A DNA stretch of 64,000 nt from Dissostichus eleginoides. Its lineage: Eukaryota. How positions within the stretch are numbered: the first letter of the stretch is position 1; every line of letters begins with the position of its first letter. The stretch spans positions 26,356,913-26,420,912 of the forward strand of contig CM062274.1 in the NCBI GenBank assembly GCA_031216635.1, in the 5' to 3' direction. Below, one piece after another: positions 13,930 through 26,515 of this stretch. A program made the translations under genes and the position numbers. Under the pieces are notes generated by a model that worked only from the letters and a program-made list of their open reading frames with translations, was not told the DNA's origin and ran no database searches.

Positions 13930-14770
13930 CCAGGGATACTCAAAACTGTCATTATAATTGTAATCGGTCATAAATAAAATAAAAACAATTGAGACTACTA
14001 TGTTGTGCATTCTGATGCAATGAATGTTGTATGATCACCTTTTCTTATAATGAAATATAGGTATTCATATACATTTTTAGTGTGATCTTGCACAAGCAGG
14101 TGTGAAACAGGACAGACAGATGTTGTACGTATGTTGCAAGTGTGTCATATATTCAAACATGCCTGACTGTGATCAGAGGAATGTGTGAGAAAAGGGTGAT
14201 GAAAGTACAGGTGCACACAATACGTATATGATATGACATTTCTGATGGCAATTTAGATTTTCTCAAAAATGTCCTTACAGTGTAATTGAAAACTGTCATA
14301 AATGTAAATAATACAATTGAAACCACTATCATGAATGGTGATGCAAATATCGTTGCATAATCATCTATTCTAATAATTTATAATATGTATAAATATTTTT
14401 AATTGCGACATAGTAGAAACTGTTGCAAATAAGACCAATAATAATGTAAAACAAATGTGTTTTATGCCAGGTAGGTTTTAACATATAAGCAGGTTAATAT
14501 GTTGCTGGAGCTGACATTTACATAAGAAGAAGAAAATAAGAGCAAATATTGAAGAAATACGAATGTAATGAAAAAATATAAGTTTAGAGATTTGAAAATG
14601 ATACATATTTTCTCTTGTTTTTGTTCATGGAAATATTTAAAATGTTTGAGTGTATGTATAAAAATATATTGTATAAGTGTGTCATATTATTTTCACACAT
14701 AATATTCAAACATGCTTGACTGTGATCAGAGGATTGTTCACTGATGTCGGAGGAAAGGTAGATGACTTAC
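13930..14770. repeat. Local tandem duplication, about 360-bp unit, about 2.3 copies, diverged
   Basis: aaaactgtcat(t)ataa(t)tgtaa...caattga(g/a)ac(t/c)actat...gatgcaa...tgt recurs at about 13940 and 14285. attcaaacatgc(c/t)tgactgtgatcagagga recurs at 14150 and 14700. Confidence 0.5.
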
Positions 14771-14879
14771 ATCTTTTTGCTGCTGCTTTTAATTGAACTA
14801 TTCATATTCATATCGTATTTTTTCTTTTAATGTTTATTTGATTATCTTTGCTTTTTAATGACTGTTTTTAAATGCCATT

Positions 14880-14962
14880 TTCATAATGTCTTTCATTTTT
14901 GTAAAGCATTTTGAAATGCCTTGTGTTGAAAGGTGCTATATAAATAAACTTGCCTTGCCTTG
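14880..14962 (+). repeat. Teleost LINE/SINE 3'-tail fragment (tgtaaagc..tttga..aaaggtgctatataaataaa)
   Basis: The tail motif is shared with 18590-18665, 27296-27385 (rc) and 52085-52150 (rc). Confidence 0.6.
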
Positions 14963-17900
14963 CCTTACATTTAAATTCCTAGGTGCACACATACACCAAT
15001 TACAGATGTACGATATAGCATTTCTGATCAAAACAATGGGGCTTCGGTGCTGCCTGGGAGGAAGTCTGCAGAGGAGGATTTGTGTCTCCTTATTTCTCTT
15101 ATCTTTCTCTCCTGGGTGTCGTTGATTTCGGCCGCCCCCACGCCTTGGCAGAGGAGCAGATGTACTGCAGGTCACCTCCGTCTCCTCACATTGGGATGGC
15201 CCCCAGACCCTCTGGGAGCCAGCCTGTCCATTAGGAGAGAGTTATTACATGGTTGTTATTTTTCTCTTTCATTCTGGGTTTTCTTTTGATAAGGAGTTCT
15301 ATATCAAATGAAATACAACAGTTCTTTGCTTTTGACATGCTATCTCGCTGAGGAAAATAGAAGACAGTCAATGCAACCTGGCTCGGCAGCTATAACTCTC
15401 AAAATCTTGTGATCAAAGAGAAGAGATAAGATCAAAGATATTCACTGTGATGGATTCTTCTCATCTGAGGATTATTTCAAGCATCTGCACTGTAGCAGAC
15501 GAGAGGGGCAGCTGTTTTTGGAAAATCCACAGTAAAATCGGCACTAATTCTAGTTAAGTAAAGCCAACGGAGAACGCAGCAAGGCACAAAATATTAAAAA
15601 CAAGCTTTATCTTACAAACAGCTTGGCATCCTTCCTGGATTTCCCCTTCATCATAATATTCACAAAGCGAATGGTTTGAAAAGGCATATTTATTTAGGAA
15701 CAACGTCTGAGGAGAAAGTTTTTACTATCTCATGGAAGCAACCCCGTCTCCTAGAAATTATGTTTATTCATTAATAATTTGTTTTCCCAAATACATTTTT
15801 GAATGAAAACATAATTGGTGTCTGGATTTGGTTCAGTGGAAATAACTTTTCTATTAAAAGACGTGCTATTTGTTTTTCTCACACACACAAGGCATGCAAA
15901 GCAGGAGTTTGACCTTGAAGACAGACACACATGTTCGGTTTGTGTGTGTGTCGATATTCATTCAAGTGTCTTTAGTGCCTGAATATAACCATTAAAATGT
16001 GAATCATGCCATTATTTTGTATGGCGAATTATAAAAATATAAGTGATCATTTCCAGATATGTTCGATTCGATCTTGGCTGATGTTTTCATTTCAGAATCA
16101 GAATACCTTTATTGGTCCTACAGAGGGGAAATGTACATTTGTTACAGCAAGTAGAGAGCCAAAGCTTAGTGCCACTCAAGAAGCATGCATATACATATAA
16201 ATAAGATAAATAACACAATTAAAAAAATACCCATCCATTACCAGTAACAGTTTAGCACTATAGCAGCCATGCAGTATTAAAGGTTGAAGTATGTATATAT
16301 ATATTAAACCATCTTTTAATTCATGTATTTGTTCCACTTATTGTACATAAAAAAAACACCTGTACACTTTGAAACTTTTATTTTACCTGCCCCTTACTCA
16401 AGAGTAGCTGGTCTGTCGTCACAGCTGCCAGTTACTTAACAAACTCACAGAAGCTAAAATATATTAAACATTTTAAAACATATTAAGACAAAACAATTCT
16501 ATATATTTTCTGGTAATAATAATAATAATAATAATACATGACACTTATATAGGGCTTTTCTAAAAACTCAAAGACGCTTAATACTCTGTTTTTGATCTGC
16601 ACACAACTGTTAGTCTATAATTCAATTAAATATTTTAGTTTAACCGCCCTGAATCCATAAACAGTGTAATTGTGTGTAATTGTGGACGTTCATTATGAAT
16701 AATTCTCACTGACATTTTCTGTAAAATAAATAAAAGATTTAAGTTACTCCTATTTGGTTCGCCCCACACAATCATTTAAATATGGCAAAATCAACAGTAC
16801 ACAATTTGCATTGAACTGTAGTCCAGCACAAACGTTGCCTTGTTCTGAAATATGTTAATAAAAATAGATTTAATTGGAGTGACTCAGTATCTAAAAAATT
16901 TGATTTCAAGAACATATGGTTCAATAAAAGAGGTATAAAAGAGCCATATCAGTATATAACTGGAACATAAAATAAGCAAAAACCCCCGCTCATGAAAGAA
17001 TCATACTTCAATTTGTTCCTCTAACCACCAGCCGCAGCCGACCTCAGCCCTTTGTCTGACGCACATCACACGCCTCGTCTCGTTAGCCGGAGATATTTAA
17101 AGAAATACCTAAATCTGCTGTCACTGTCCAATTAAATCAAAGCCCGTAAGTGGGATGTGTGACCCGTGCGAAATGAGAAGAAAAAGCAATTTTGCCAGAT
17201 CCTTGACATCATTTATTGAAGCCCCATGACCACTGCCCTACATTTAATTGTTTCATTCATGTTTATGAATCAGACGAACGTGATTTTGAGTCTTATTCTG
17301 CACGGTAATTTGCAGCTGCGCACATTCCCCACTGTGATGACCTCTCTCTGTTGTTGTGTTATCATGTCACTTGTAATGTGATATGGCTATATGCCCCACT
17401 GTCACTGATCTCCAGCCCTTCAGAATAATGATGATGATATATGGCTGTTTGTGCGGTGGGGTCCTCTGAAACCTGTGAACTGTGCTCCTCCATCTCTGTC
17501 CATCTTCTTGTTATTTAACAGCACCTCAGAGAGATTGCCTGCCTGTTAGACGACAGGTCGCCGCTGTGATCTGAAGAACAGATTGCACGATATTTGTTCT
17601 CCGGAAATGAGGGAAACTGAAAGACCCTTTTTTCACAGCAGGCATGTCGACTTAACATAGCGGGAAAAGCACAGGTGTTACTAATAACGTTAACCAGGGC
17701 TCTCAATGTCCTAGAAAAGCATGAAAGAGAGCCAGAATGCACAATATGCCAAACAGCTGAAGAGAATTCAGCCATCTTTTGTTTTGTAAAGATTGTATTT
17801 TATGTATTGATGTTCAATTTGAATTGCAATTTGTCATACGGTAAATCAGCATAGACTAAAATATATGTTTTTATTGTGGTGGTTATGAATGAAAACGGTA

Positions 17901-18589
17901 AAATAATAAATATATACAAAATAAAAATGACTAGAAAAAGAAGCTATTTAATAAACCATCAAAGGAAAGATTACATCTCTATTAATTCCATTATTCACAC
18001 TCATGCTTATACTGTGACTTTGTAAAATAAAATAAAGAAATTGGATATTCCATCAATATCTGCACCAGTATGATACACATAGTGATACATAGCACAAACA
18101 AATAAATCTCACAAATCCCTTGGTTAAGGTGGTCATGTTTGACCTCCTCTTCAGCCACATTTCCACAGTATCCTCATTGTATCTATTTTCCTCCATCCAC
18201 CAGGTGCCCTCCTACTTTCCCTCGTTCCTCCATCACCTGACGGCACCCCCCATCTTCACACCTGTCCCCACTCGCCCTCATCAGCCCTGCAGTACAAATA
18301 CCAGCCCCATTTTCACCAGTCATTCTTCAGTTAATTAAGGTTGCCATGTGGCAGTTTTCAAGCCTACAGAACATGAATTAGGATCAGATTTTATTTGCAT
18401 TAAATGGATATTTGTCTTGGCAAATAAGACAAAATAAACCTTACTTGGTTTGATGGCTGCTCTCCGCACGATGACGTAGATGATGACATCGTTTTTATTG
18501 GCCTGGTCAGATGTTATGTTTCGCTGCATGTACATTCAAAGTTCTTGGCAGATGATCTGAGGGGAATTTCTTGATGTTTGTTTTTAACT

Positions 18590-18672
18590 TTTGTTGTGAT
18601 TTTGTAAAGCGCTTTGAGCTGCATGTGATGTGTGAAAAGTGCTATATAAATAAACCTTTATTATTATTATTA
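18590..18672 (+). repeat. Teleost LINE/SINE 3'-tail fragment followed by (TTA)n
   Basis: ttgtaaagcgctttgagctgcatgtgatgtgtgaaaagtgctatataaataaacctttattattattatt. Confidence 0.6.
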
Positions 18673-19429
18673 TAGTTGACCGTAGAGTCGGTAGCAGCAA
18701 GGGTTGGAAAGTTTGACTCATGATAGCTTAAAGTTTCTAGCTGCCAACTAACAAACATGGACAAGATAACAGTTGAGCAGGTTGTATTTTGGGAAGGCTA
18801 TCTCAAACATGGTTTTGAATTGGCTTGCTATTAAAAAGCCTGGCAAGGACAATGATACGGCATAATAGGAAAGTAACCAAGCAGCCACTAGCTCAGTTTT
18901 TCCAACTCAACTTTTGCACTGGAGCCTGTGACCTAAGATTTTCATTGATATATCTACACTGTAGCCATGTACACAATCCTTGAATCTTGAATCTTGAACA
19001 AGACCAGCAGCATTTAAGATACTCTTTTATCTGTAGGAAGCAGGAAACTGCTGCTGGGTATGGTACCAGTTCTAGCTGCACTATTACTAATCTATTACTT
19101 TTTAACAATATAATTTCTCCAATGTTTAGCTTACAATTTCCATCAAGACTTTCTGCCGAGGGGCATCTGCGTTTTTAATCTATGCTTCCCTCATTACCTG
19201 AGTGCACTTTCCTTCTCCGTCTCTCCCATGCCTTGGACTTAATACAAGTTCTGTGTGGTATCTTTTCTTAGGTTAATACATTGCTAAATTGTCCCTATCT
19301 GCCTCCACTGTCTACAGTTTTGTCTTTCTCTTGCTCTGCTGCCCAAAAAAACCCTCATGACAAATGTCGACAATGGGGTGACAAAGATTTCTAATGATCA
19401 GAGCAAAAGGTGCACAGACAGATGCTGTG

Positions 19430-20160
19430 CACTGACTTTAAATCCATGGCACCAAATGCCGAGCCCTCAGATAAAAAAAAATTGGCTTGCTTCTGAACTC
19501 GGATTTTGATTTTGGATCCCACCTCAGTAAATCGAAAACAGCTTTTTACCACCTTAGAAATGTTGCTAAAGTGTAACCATTTCTCTCCCAGGCAGATTTA
19601 AGAGACTTATGCACACGTTTATTACTAAAGGCTTGATTTATGCAGTGCTCTACTTTCTTCTCTTGCTAAAAAAAGATATAAATAAGGTACTGATCACACA
19701 AAATACAGCAGCTTGTGTACAAACCAGCAGAGAGATAGCACACATTTCATCTGTCCTTGCGTCCCTTCATTGGTTTAAGACCTTTTCTTCAGTTTTATTA
19801 CTCTGTGGGCTAGTGCCTGAATAATGGCAGATGTGCGCTCCATCTTTGCTCCCCCTAGATCCCTCAGGTCCTCGGACAATGGCCTTTTAATTATTCCCAG
19901 TGTGAGGAGAAACACATTCAGGAAGGCAGATTTGAGTGTCTCTGCTCCTTGCCTCTGGAATAGCCTGAAAGAAAACCTTAGGTCTTCAGAATCTATAATA
20001 AAACGAAAACTTAGAAAGTATTTTTTCCCAATAACTTTCCTGATCTTAATTGACTTAATATGTATGAATATGTTGTAGAGCCTCTTTTACTGTGATTTGT
20101 AGATTGTATTGTTCTAGTTGTATTGTAATGTTAAGCATTTTGTATTACAACTTGCACAAA
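19430..20160 (+). mobile_element. Teleost L2-type LINE/SINE 3'-region repeat (degenerate ...FYHLRN..SRLDYCN..HITPVL.SLHWLP ... RLKTHLF reading frame)
   Basis: ORFs 19609-19824 and 19824-20078 translate to a diverged copy of the conserved fish repeat peptide (HAFITSRLDYCN / ITPVLASLHWLP / SRSLRSS..LL.IPSVR / AP.LWNSL). The 3' tail is interrupted by the MITE at 20172. Confidence 0.65.
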
Positions 20161-20171
20161 AAGCCCTTCAA

Positions 20172-20560
20172 AGAGACCCTATTATGCTTTTAGGGTTTCC
20201 CTTTCTTGTCGTGTTTCGACATATAAATGGTGTGCAAAGGCTAAAATCCCATTGGACTCCTATTACTTCAGTTGCATAGTGACACTTGCGCTTCTATTGG
20301 CTAGCGCTCCAACACATTGTACGTGACAGGCTAAGGGGTGGGACATCTCTAAGCGGTTGACCAATCAAAACAGAGACGGCCAGCAAACCAATCAGAGCAG
20401 ACTGGGCTCTGGTTTCAGACAGAGGGTGAAAAGAGGTGCTGCAGCACAGGCAGTATGAGAAGAATAAAGAGCTTTTTGAACATTAAAGCCTGGAGACTAT
20501 CACAGCAGAGGAACAAAATACAATCATGATTCCTGAAAATGAGCATAAAAAATAAATGAA
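20172..20560 (+). mobile_element. MITE family A copy inserted into the tail of the 19.4-kb repeat
   Basis: tcaa|AAGAGACCCTATTATGCTTTTAGG. The internal core is identical in arrangement to 3968-4382. The 3' boundary is approximate. Confidence 0.7.
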
Positions 20561-21323
20561 GTTTAGGTTGCGAGTTTAAACTGCTTTGACACATGACAGG
20601 TAACCAGGATGCTGAAGGCGAAAACCTTCACGCCGACCTCCTCTGCTTCACTTTACATGGCATTGCATAAACATCACATCACCGATCTGCATTAGAACCG
20701 CATGTTGCCTCTGACTATAAATTACTTATGTCAAACAGTTGCAAGTATCTACCCTATTATGTGTGCGTGTGTGTTTGTGTGTTATTATACGCACCAGCAC
20801 ATAAAACTGTGCATCAAAAGATTTCCTAACGATGTGTGAAAGGCATATGGACACGGTGTTCACGGTGTTCCTTCAACCACCTGCTCCTTCGCTGTCTCTG
20901 GCTGACGTGGAACAAATATAAAATGATTATAAGCATTATATGTGTATTGTAAGTGATGTTGCTGTCTATCATGCAATTACTTTACTAAGAAATTCATCAT
21001 CTGGCTTCATTTCTTTCAACTGATAAACTGAGGAGGAGTGAAGGTGATTCTCTCAGCACTTATGGTTGAGTTATTTAAATATTGTGCCGCATAACTGGCT
21101 CATTCTTTTAGTTTTCTTTAATCTGATATTAAAAGAGTTTATTTAAGTGTATATTTGTGGTCACTGTTATGTACTTGTCCGTTACTGATATAAGAGTTTA
21201 TATTCACATAATGCTCAAGCTGTTGACTCTTAGGTTAGGTTGAGGTAGCTGTTTGCAGAGGAAAGAGTTTGCCTAATAAACCTGCAAATGATAAAGTTAG
21301 TGTTATAATTGTAAAGGGTTTAA

Positions 21324-21626
21324 AGAGGCCCTATTTTGCTTTCCCTTTCCTGTAGATTGTCACATAGGTTTTTGTGGTCTGCAAAGGCTAACATTATGTT
21401 TGTTTTTGTTTGGAGCTAGCTGAAACACCTCCATTGAACTCCTTCTTTAACATAGTGACATCACTACATAACACTTGCGCTATTGGTTAGCGCTCCAACA
21501 CATTTTATGTGATAGACTAAGGGGGCGGGACATCTCTAAGAGGTTATTTAAAGCACTTTTTGAACATTAAAGCATGTCAAAATGTCACAGTTTAGGCAAA
21601 GAATACAAATGTGTTATAGGGCCCCT
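21324..21626 (+). mobile_element. MITE family A copy with near-perfect TIRs and TTAA target-site duplication
   Basis: ttaa|AGAGGCCCTATTTTGC ... GTTATAGGGCCCCT|ttaa. The TIRs are reverse complements of each other. Confidence 0.8.
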
Positions 21627-23331
21627 TTAAAGAAAAAAGCTTAACGGCTTTGACTAAATCCACATTTTAATTTGCTTTCTATTCTTACATACCAGGGATG
21701 CATATTCATTTTAACTCTACCTTTCTGTAGTAAGATTTATTTTATTTTCCCTGAAGTTTATTGATTTTCTGAACAGTATTATATGCTTGGGCTCTATTTA
21801 ACTTCCCAGCCAGAAGTTGCTTGCAATGCAGTTTTCATGAGGAATAAAAGCAGCATGAATTGGTGTCCGTTTTGACATGAAATGGGTCTTGTGCTCTAAT
21901 TAGATGCTAAATCCTCAGTGAATCTGGCCTTCAGTCAGTATTGTGTGCTGTAATAACCTTGAGTTTTGAACATGTCAAGCATCATTGGCAGAGATGTTTG
22001 GCATGAACAGCCTTTATACAACAAACCAGACTGATGAAGCTTCTATACACACAGACTCCTACTCTCCAAAGCCTTTTCTTTGTCTGCGCTCCGGGGCTTT
22101 GGGAAGAGATTGACTGCTGCTGCAGCTGTTGACAGACTACATTCTCCCTGCAGCTGCTGGGAAAGCACAGAAGAAGTAATGTGACATCCTTTCTCTGGCT
22201 GCCAGAAGATGCCTGAAACTACAGAGAGCTTTTTCATCTCTTACCCTGAAACCAACAGCACCTCCCCGCAGCCTTTCCTGTCCCAACTAATGCGTTTCGG
22301 CTTCACACTTTGATCATCTCTCATGGTCGCCTATCCTTTTGAACCACCACTAATTGTTTTTTTGCCTCTGTGGACTATCCATGTTTTTCACATCGGCGTG
22401 CTTTTTCTTTGATTCCAACCACCGTGGTACCCACATTTACTTGTTTGTTGATGTATAAATCACTAATCAAACCAATGAGAGCTGGATCTCTTGTTTATTG
22501 TTATTGCATCAATACAAATTAATAAAATGTAAAATATGAACAAGCAGGGTTCCAAGCAGAAAATCAATTAAAGGTCCCATGTCATGCTTTTCTGGTTATT
22601 ACACGTCCCCTTGTGTGTTATGAAGGTTTTTCTGCATGTAAACGGTCTGCAGAGTAAAAAACCCTCAAAGCACACCCTGTAGCGAGTAAAACTCTAACAC
22701 AGAAAAGACCTGTCTATGCTGCCCCAGAACGCCTCGTTGGAGATTATCTTTTTCCATTTGTTTCTTCCGGGAACCGCATGATGACATGTGGTTTCCGGAA
22801 CCAAAATGGAACAATCCGCGGAGCTCCTCACACACCAGGACCTTTAGCGTACATTTTCAACTAACAGGGAGTCCCATTGACTTGCATAGAGCTCCCTGGT
22901 TGGTAATAGACGAGTTGGGATCGCGGAGAAATGCTCTCCGCAGACCCATTCTCACAGCATTTATAAACTGGACGCATTCATAGGAAAGCACAAATTAATC
23001 ACGGACAGTCAATACGGATTCAGATCAAACAGATCAACATCACTGGCAATTATGGAATCAATTGAGGATATCACAGATGCCCTTGAACACAACAAATATG
23101 CAGTAGGGATTTTTATAGATATTAAAAAAGCTTTTGACACAATCAACCATAACATCCTAGTATATAAATTAGAAAGGTATGGTATCAGGGGTTTAGTTTT
23201 AGACTGGATTAAAAGCTATTTAGCAATAGACAGCATGTGAAGCTGGGAAATGACTGTTCTTCATGTTTGGACATTGCTTGTGGTGTCCCCCAGGGGTCAG
23301 TGTTGGGTCCTAAATTGTTTATACTGTACAT

Positions 23332-24245
23332 CATGGGTGGCAATAGGTGGCCCGCGGGCCATTGGGGCCCGCCAGCAATAATATTTGGCCCGGAAAATTA
23401 TTTTGAGAATAAAAATAAATATTATTTTGAGATTTTTTTTTTACAATTAGGACCGACAGTCACACACATATAGGCTATAATGTCCGAATAGAGAATCTAC
23501 CTACACCTGAAGAATGCTTATTGTACTTGTATCCATGTTGAGAGTGAATGACACACAGCACAGGCACAATCTGGCAGCGGGGTGCACTGACGCTGATAGT
23601 GGATCAATAGGTGGACAGCGCGTGGTGCTGAAAGAGCCAACATGCGGTTTGTGGTTTGAAAACAATAACACCAGCTCACTAAATCATTCAAATGTAATTT
23701 TTACTTATATGTGAACATGTAACAAAGTTCAGTCAAGACATTGGCAACAAAATCGGAGAAGCCGCCTGATCATGGAGGGCGAGGGGTGGTGGTGCATATG
23801 CTGCCACCCCAGCTGCTGCCCCAGTTGGCAGCTTTGTTTTGAAAGAAAAGTTTTGGCTCATCGGACATTTATGAGAAAATCCCTAATTTCCGAGTGCAAG
23901 TGAATGCAGCACAAGACGCGAGCCTTGTAACCCCTACCCCGGCCCTGGCCCGAGCGTGGAAATGTGATTGTCATTTGAACGGGATGGCGCAAAACGAGAT
24001 GCATTCGGTCTACATTGACAGAGAAGAGACTGTCATGTTTGGCTGTACTCAGCATTGATTCAAAATGCACTAAAGCTTTGGATCTTAATAAGTTTGTGAG
24101 CAGGGGTGGACTGGGCATCTGTAGAATCTGGAAAATCACAGAACGGCAACGCAGCGGCACCGCAGCGGCACCGCAGCGAGGCTCCCCCGTTGACAGTTCA
24201 CTAGCACACCCCCCCCCCGAGGCCAAATATAATTGCCGACCCCTG
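23332..24245. mobile_element. Non-autonomous hAT-like element (914 bp) with an 8-bp target-site duplication (TSD) CTGTACAT, nested in the LINE RT
   Basis: The identical 8-mer ctgtacat lies at 23324-23331 and 24246-24253. The termini are CATGGGTGGCAAT / ATTGCCGACCCCTG (rc CAGGGGTCGGCAAT). Joining the flanks restores the continuous RT codons LGPKLFILYINDICRV. Confidence 0.7.
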
Positions 24246-25126
24246 CTGTACATCAATGACATCTGTAGAGTATCCAATGTACTGAGGCTAGTTTTGTTTG
24301 CTGATGATACAAATATATTCTGTTCGGGGGAGAATTTAGAACAGCTAGTGGAGAACATAGACAATGAAATGCACAAATTAAAAACATGGTTTGACAAAAA
24401 TAAACTATCATTAAACTTGAGCAAAACAAAATTAATGCTGTTCGGTAAACATAGAACAAAAACACAAATGCAAATAAAAATAGATGGGGTTGAAATTGAA
24501 AGAGTCCATGAAATTAAATGTCTTGGGGTAATAATAGATGACACAATAAGTTGGAAATTACACATAAAACATGTACAAACAAAGCTGTCAAGAAGCATTT
24601 CCATACTAAACAAAGTAAAACAAGTTCTAGATCAGAAATCACTTTGCATTCTCTACTGTTCACTAGTCTTACCATATCTGAATTACTGTGCTGAAATCTG
24701 GGGCAATAACTACAAGAGTTCTATACATGCAGTATCTATTCTACAAAAAAAAGCCATACGAATCATTCACAATGCCAAATACCTTGATCACACTAACGAA
24801 TTATTCCTGCAGTCAAAATTGTTAAAATTCACAGACCTGGTAGAATTCCAAACGGCACAAATCATGTTCAAGGCAAATCATAACGTTTTACCAGGAAACA
24901 TCCAAAAAGTATTCACTGGGTGGGGGGATATAGTTCAAGGAGACAATTTCAATTGGAAATTCATAGGGTCCGTACAACCAGAAGAACTTTTTGTATCTCA
25001 GCCTGTGGAGTGAGACTATGGACCAGTGTGAACGTGGAGCTAAAGCGATGTCCAGACATTAACCAGTTCAAGAGGAAATACAGAGAAATAATTTTCTCGA
25101 GGTACAGGGATGGGGAAGGTGTTTGA

Positions 25127-25300
25127 CTATGTGTATGTGTATATGTGAGTATGTAGGTGTGTATATGTGTGTGTGCATATATGTATATTAATGTATGTGT
25201 GTGTATGTATATGTGTATAATAGTCAATCAACAGGTAAGGCAGATTAATAATAATAATAATAACAATAATAGTGAATAATAATGATAATTATTGCAGATT
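25127..25300. repeat. Degenerate (TGTATG)n / (AAT)n simple-sequence tail of the LINE
   Basis: Direct reading. Confidence 0.7.
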
Positions 25301-26138
25301 ATAGATTATAAATAAATCATTTAGGGACAAGGGGGTGAGATTAAATAAATATACTTCTTCTCACTCCTTTTCGAACACTAGATGTGGGACTGTTGATGTT
25401 GCTAATGCTGTTGTTGTTGTTGTAAATGTCATTTTTTGTTTTGATTTCTCTTACATGACTATGCACTGTAACATTTGTTTTGTTTTGTAATTATTTATTT
25501 TACTTGATCGAAATAAAAAACAAACAAATCCAATCAAAACCTTTTTCTTACTCAATATCAAGCCACACTTATTGTTTTTACTTCGGCTGTGAGTGTTTGT
25601 GTGTGCTCAGGATGAGTTTCGCGCTGTCACGCTGTATCGCCGACCGGAAACCACACCAGTAAACCAGCTCACTGAGCAGTGAGCCTGGCAACGTCCTGAC
25701 CAATCAGAGCACACTGGGCTCACAGGGAGGGGGTGCAGGAGCTCCAACAAGCCGTTTAGGACAGAGAGTGAATACACATACTTTACAGAGATGCTGTATG
25801 AGAAACCAATGTGAGTTTGGAAAATTGCACAATATAAATATATTTTAGTAGACCTCAACAATGGAATTATGATCAGTAGAAATGGCCATGACATGGGACC
25901 TTTAAACAACAAATATTTTGCAGATAATCCATTTTAAAAGTACAAGATGACCCAAGTTTAGATTTCCTGGTATCCACATTTACTTGTTTGTTGATGTATA
26001 AAGCACTAACAAAAAGTCCTGTTGTGATTTAAATTAACCTTTCATTGATTTGCACTCCCACATTGCACATATTTTGGATAATGCAAGTTATTTTCATGTA
26101 TTGTTTGTTTTTTTCTTAAATATTGCTAATTATAAGGA

Positions 26139-26160
26139 CTAACCCTGACCCTAACCCTAA
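26139..26160. repeat. (CCCTAA)n telomere-like array, left part
   Basis: ctaaccctgaccctaaccctaa. Confidence 0.85.
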
Positions 26161-26493
26161 AGCTGCATTCACATGATACGCGGTAAAACGGCTCTGTGCT
26201 GACGTTGCCATTGTAGTTTAATGGAGACTGGACCAGACAGAAGTGCCACCATTGGATTCGCACATCGCATGAAATTGTCGCTGAGTGTTACTCTCAAAGT
26301 TCAAGTAATTTCAACTTTGACCTCATTAACCGCTGACCTTTCGAGGCGCAATCAATCAGATGACAGCTGTATGTAGCGGCGCAAGATGTCACGCAGGGGA
26401 CGTAAACATAGAAACAAATCAAAATAGCTATTTTTCCCACAAGGCTCTGTGCCCAACCTCAAAGAGCAAATCTTGTATCATGTGAATGCAGCT
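26161..26493. mobile_element. Short TIR element (MITE family C, 333 bp) with 19-21 bp perfect TIRs, inserted inside a (CCCTAA)n array
   Basis: AGCTGCATTCACATGATAC ... GTATCATGTGAATGCAGCT. The flanks are ..ccctaa| and |taaccctaa, so the TSD is either a 3-bp TAA or none. Confidence 0.7.
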
Positions 26494-26515
26494 TAACCCT
26501 AACCCTAACCCTAAC
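26494..26515. repeat. (CCCTAA)n telomere-like array, right part
   Basis: taaccctaaccctaaccctaac. Confidence 0.85.

Larger units (their letters stand above)
22965..25534 (+). mobile_element. 5'-truncated L2/CR1-clade non-LTR retrotransposon (RT domain plus 3' tail), frameshifted, carrying a nested hAT-like insertion
   Basis: The translation gives ..KHKLITDSQYGFRSNRST..YAVGIFIDIKKAFDTINHNILVYKLERYGIRG..CGVPQGSVLGPKLFILYI | (insertion) | PLLYINDI..LVLFADDTNIF (the FADD box) ..LSLNLSKTKLMLFGK... A microsatellite-rich tail follows at 25127-25300. Confidence 0.8.
22572..25901 (+). mobile_element. MITE family B copy (TIR AGGTCCCATGTCATGC, TTAA flanks) split by a nested LINE insertion
   Basis: The 5' half 22572-22964 and the 3' half about 25545-25901 together reconstitute the intact 750-bp copy at 38651-39400 (rc). 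It reads ttaa|AGGTCCCATGTCATGC at the start and GCATGACATGGGACCT|ttaa at the end. Confidence 0.75.

Noticed and set aside
24015-25013. 332-aa ORF that looks like one long gene
   Set aside because: It is a chimera. Its first about 75 codons read through the interior of the nested hAT-like element, and the rest is the C-terminal half of the LINE RT. The true RT frame is interrupted at 23331/24246 and frameshifted again near 24920.
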